Source: Phaeosaccion multiseriatum (lineage: Eukaryota; Protista; Ochrophyta, other classes). Taken from it: a DNA stretch of 64,000 nucleotides. The stretch lies in the NCBI GenBank assembly GCA_965112735.1, contig OZ218954.1, forward strand, positions 496,001-560,000, given 5' to 3'. Made by a program: the position numbers and the translations under genes. The notes beneath the pieces are model-generated. The model saw only the letters and a list, made by a program, of their open reading frames with translations. It had not been told where the DNA came from and did no database searches. Of this stretch, positions 43,895 through 64,000 are shown one piece after another (within the stretch, counting starts at the first letter, position 1; every line of letters begins with the position of its first letter).

Positions 43895-45051
43895 AGGGGG
43901 AGGGGATGACACAAGGAACAGTTGGTGATACAGCAGCAGCAGCAACAGCAGCAGCAGGAGGAGCGAGATATCAACAGGTGCTTGTTGTGGATGTGTAACA
44001 GCACCATTGGTAGTTGGTTGGTGATACACGAGTGGGACGGGGGCTCCTTGGTCCAATCAACGCCAACGACATGGCAACGTCATGACGATTGTGTGGTTTT
44101 CTTTTTCGTGTGTACAAGTACTTACTTCCTATGACCTGTGTGTGGTGGGTAAGAGTACGTATAGTTTATTACAAGTATTTGTTTCGTTTCTGTTTGTGTG
44201 GGTGATTTGTTGTGGCGAAGAAAGCCTGAAGCCTGGCATGGGTGGTAACAGGTGTCAGGTGGTATGGATGGTAGCAGTTGTCAGGTGACCGGGAAAGGGC
44301 CTCGGAACGGGGCCATTACAGAGCAGCCCTGATGATGATGATGATGATGGAACGTACGTACGTATGTATACGTACGTGTGTTGTATCTTACTTGTTCATG
44401 TGGTATTTGTGTCTAATGTGTGCATGTGCGGGAGAGGAGTACAGGGATAGAAGAGGCGACGTAAGTACGTACGTAAGAAGGAAGTCAGTAGAGTAGGTAG
44501 TAGCGAGGTGAGGCAGGCAGTGGTACAATGGGAAAAAAATGAGAGAGAGAGAGAGAAAGAGGAAGGGGTTTGCGTGCCCCTCGTCACTACCTCAGACCTT
44601 CGCTTTGAAAGTGTGTGTCTGCTGAGGTGTTTTAGATGTTACCTTTTTTCTTTTTTCGATGGCAAAGGATGGCAGGGGATGAGGATGGCAAAGGATGGCA
44701 GTGGATGAGGTTGGCATAGGCCTAAAGGTATGTCCGCCCCGGTGGGGCCGGAGGAGGAGAAGGGAGGGAGGCGGTAGCGGTGGTACGAGAGGTTGGGACC
44801 AGCGGCCTCATCCACTGCCATCCCTCTCTGCTGTCGACCCTCCAACCCCTCTCTCTCTCTCTCCCTTGTTTGAAGAATACACAAAAAAACTCGAAAAAAA
44901 ATCATCGCACCGTGATGCAGAGGCAGGCGTAATACGTACGTATGTACAAACACAACATTACGTGTGTGTGTATGCACACACGAGCAAGTATGCAGGTAGC
45001 GTCCATTACACAAACTGAAACCGACGGCAGTTTCGGCAGTTTCATCATCAC

Positions 45052-52881
<7,830 letters not shown>

Positions 52882-53176
52882 CACTCTCTACTCAGCGGGT
52901 TTAACGAGGTGAAAATGACATTGTCTACATAGGCCTTGCCGCCACGCACCATGCAAGCCTCGGCCGCCGCCCAATAAAGAGTCTGCTCTCCTCCTCCTCC
53001 TCGTCCTCCTCCCTCTCCTCGTCCTCCTCCTTCTCCCCCTCCCCCCTCGCTCCTCTCCCGTTCCCCTTTCCCCCTGCTGATCCTGGGGCTCCTCAGGTGT
53101 GGGTGGTGGTGCACCATTGCCAGCCTGTGACCCACAGTTTCGTTCCGATTTTAAATGAAAAAGAGAAGCAGTAGCG
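52882..53176. promoter_or_regulatory. Probable bidirectional promoter/5' UTR region between divergent genes
   Basis: Only 295 bp separate the inferred ATGs at 52881 (-) and 53177 (+). No specific motif identified. Confidence 0.45.
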
Positions 53177-62316
<9,140 letters not shown>

Positions 62317-62899
62317 CTGAGTACTGTCTGTGAGGAGCTCTCTTTTTCTCTCCCTCTCTCTCTCTCTATTCGGTGCCGTTCTGTCGGCCTCGTCTTGACA
62401 TGTTGGTGGTCCGGCTCACAGCAAGCCCACAACAAAGGTTGTGAGGTGTACTTGGTTAGTCTGAGGGATGAAGAAGAATAGACGAGTTGGCTGAAGGTTT
62501 TCATTGGCTTAGGAAGAGCTGAAGGCTTTCATTGGCTTAGGAAGGGCGGGGAAGGATGAGGCGTGCTCAGCCCGTCCTGCTTGCTTCAATCGCAGGGAGC
62601 GAGGATGACGTGTTGGTGATCCACCCCTACCGCACTGAGGGTGTCGCGAGGCCTTCAATTCTCCCGTTTATTAGTATTAAGTAAGATCTTAAACCTGGAT
62701 TGAAGTCGAAGTTTCTGTGTGGATAGGAGCAATCATCATCATCATCATCATCATCATGGTGCAGGGGAAGGGGAACATCAGCCCAAGGGGGCTGGCGGTT
62801 CGGCAGCAGCTGTGCATCGGCAGGCTGCGTAGCGCATGCTAGAGAGAGTACGACAAGCCCATGAGTAAAGACATAGCCTACGGCACAGCAGATATTCTT

Positions 62900-63285
62900 C
62901 CACTCACTCACTCACTCCCTCACTCACTCACTCACTCACTCACTCACTCACTCACTCACTCACTCACTCACTCGCTCACTCACTCACTCACTCACTCACC
63001 CCCTCACTCATCCACTCACTCACTTACCCACTCCCTCCCTCCCTCCTTCCCTCCCTCCCTCCCTCCCTCCCTCCCTCCCTCCCTCCCTCCCTCCCTCACT
63101 CCCTCCCTCCCTCCCTCCCTCCCTCCCTCCCTCCCTCCCTCCCTCCCTCCCTCCCTCCCTCCCTCCCTCCCTCCCTCCCTCCCTCCCTCCCTCCCTCCCT
63201 CACTCTCTCACTCACTTCCTCCCTCCCTCCCTCCCTCCCTCCCTCCCTCCCTCACTCACTCACTCACTCACTCACTCATTCACTC
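62900..63285. repeat. (CACT)n/(CCCT)n compound microsatellite
   Basis: Directly visible; intergenic. Confidence 0.95.
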
Positions 63286-63315
63286 TGGACTAGCCGCCCG
63301 TCTACGTAAAACAAG

Positions 63316-63585
63316 TGATGGACCCTTTGCCACTAAGGGGATGAACCCTGACTTTGCTATTAAGGAGATGAACACTTGGCCATTAAGGGGATTAACCTGC
63401 CTTTGCCATTAAGGGGATGAACCCTGCCTTTGCCACTATTATACGGGGAGCTCTCTATCAAGGCCAAGGACGAGCAGACGAGCAGACAGACAGTCGCAGC
63501 GGGTTTAGTTTAGCTCAGACAGTCGCGGGTTTAGCTCAGACGAGCAGACAGACAGTCGCGGGTTTAGTTTAGTTTAGCTCAGCAG
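63316..63585. repeat. Two adjacent short tandem arrays: ~27-bp ctttgccattaaggggatgaaccctg x4-5, and gacagtcgcgggtttag(tttag)nctcag x3
   Basis: Directly visible; intergenic. Confidence 0.8.
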
Positions 63586-63635
63586 CGAGGGCCGCCGCCC
63601 TTGCAAGCTCAGAGCCTCCCTCCCTCCGCCTCCAA

Positions 63636-63873
63636 GCCTCGAGGGAGTGGCTACTGATACAGCAGTTGGTGATTCAGCCTCGAGGCCGCTTTACCATGGC
63701 TGCCACAAGCATCTTCGCCGAAGTGTCAGCGACTCGTCGAGGCTGAATCACCAACTGCTGTATCAGTGTCAACTTCCTCGAGCAAAAGGGGCCGAAACCA
63801 GTCCCCCCCAGCGTCAAGCGTCCGCCTCGAGGGAGTTGAGACTGATACAGCAGTTGGTGATTCAGCCTCGACG
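63636..63873. repeat. ~47-bp element in direct/inverted/direct arrangement with unique spacers
   Basis: cctcgagggagttgagactgatacagcagttggtgattcagcctcga-like copies at 63636-63683 (+), ~63737-63782 (-) and 63824-63871 (+). Confidence 0.9.
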
Positions 63874-64000
63874 GGCTGCAAAGTCCCTCTCTACTCGTCT
63901 TCCTCACCGCTCTGCTACTCACGAGCACGTTACTAATGGCGGGGGCGGGGGGGGGGGGTTGTATCCGTCGAAACCGTCACGAGCAAGCAAGCGTAAGCAA

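Noticed and set aside
63500-63580. True telomere
   Set aside because: Only isolated GGGTTTAG seeds, not a tandem (TTTAGGG)n tract, and unique sequence continues beyond.
63636-63873. CRISPR array
   Set aside because: Only three repeats, the middle one inverted, in a eukaryotic context with no cas genes. The 47-bp array at 14365 has no spacers.

Overview
Eukaryotic nuclear DNA, intron-rich and very microsatellite-rich. The splice signals and gene content fit a protist or alga, probably a stramenopile (inference only). Most entries in the ORF track are low-complexity artefacts, so I rebuilt gene models by hand from GT/GC-AG sites and reading phase. Seven protein-coding loci are supported: (1) the 3' part (<1-14847, +) of a large modular lectin gene built from duplicated phase-1 exon modules (C-type lectin x4, circularly permuted F-type lectin x2, Cys-rich repeats, thrombospondin type-3 repeats), with many micro-exons; (2) an IQ/WW/B-box protein (-) with no visible 5' end; (3) an uninterrupted ORF with 26 P-class PPR repeats (+); (4) a SEL1L/HRD3-like Sel1-repeat protein (-); (5) a type-I membrane protein (+); (6) an ePHD plus degenerate SUV39-like SET protein (-); (7) an ankyrin plus TPR protein (+). 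The most striking observation is that the canonical PPR code reads the PPR array as AGGAGGU-YAAGA-AUG-AnU-AYY-UCU, a full Shine-Dalgarno followed by a start codon. Also notable: hypervariable lectin exons inside homogenised introns, intronic minisatellites made from amplified splice signals, short motifs dispersed through introns and exons, and a direct/inverted/direct 47-bp element near the right end. I saw no rRNA, tRNA, CRISPR array or transposase/reverse transcriptase.
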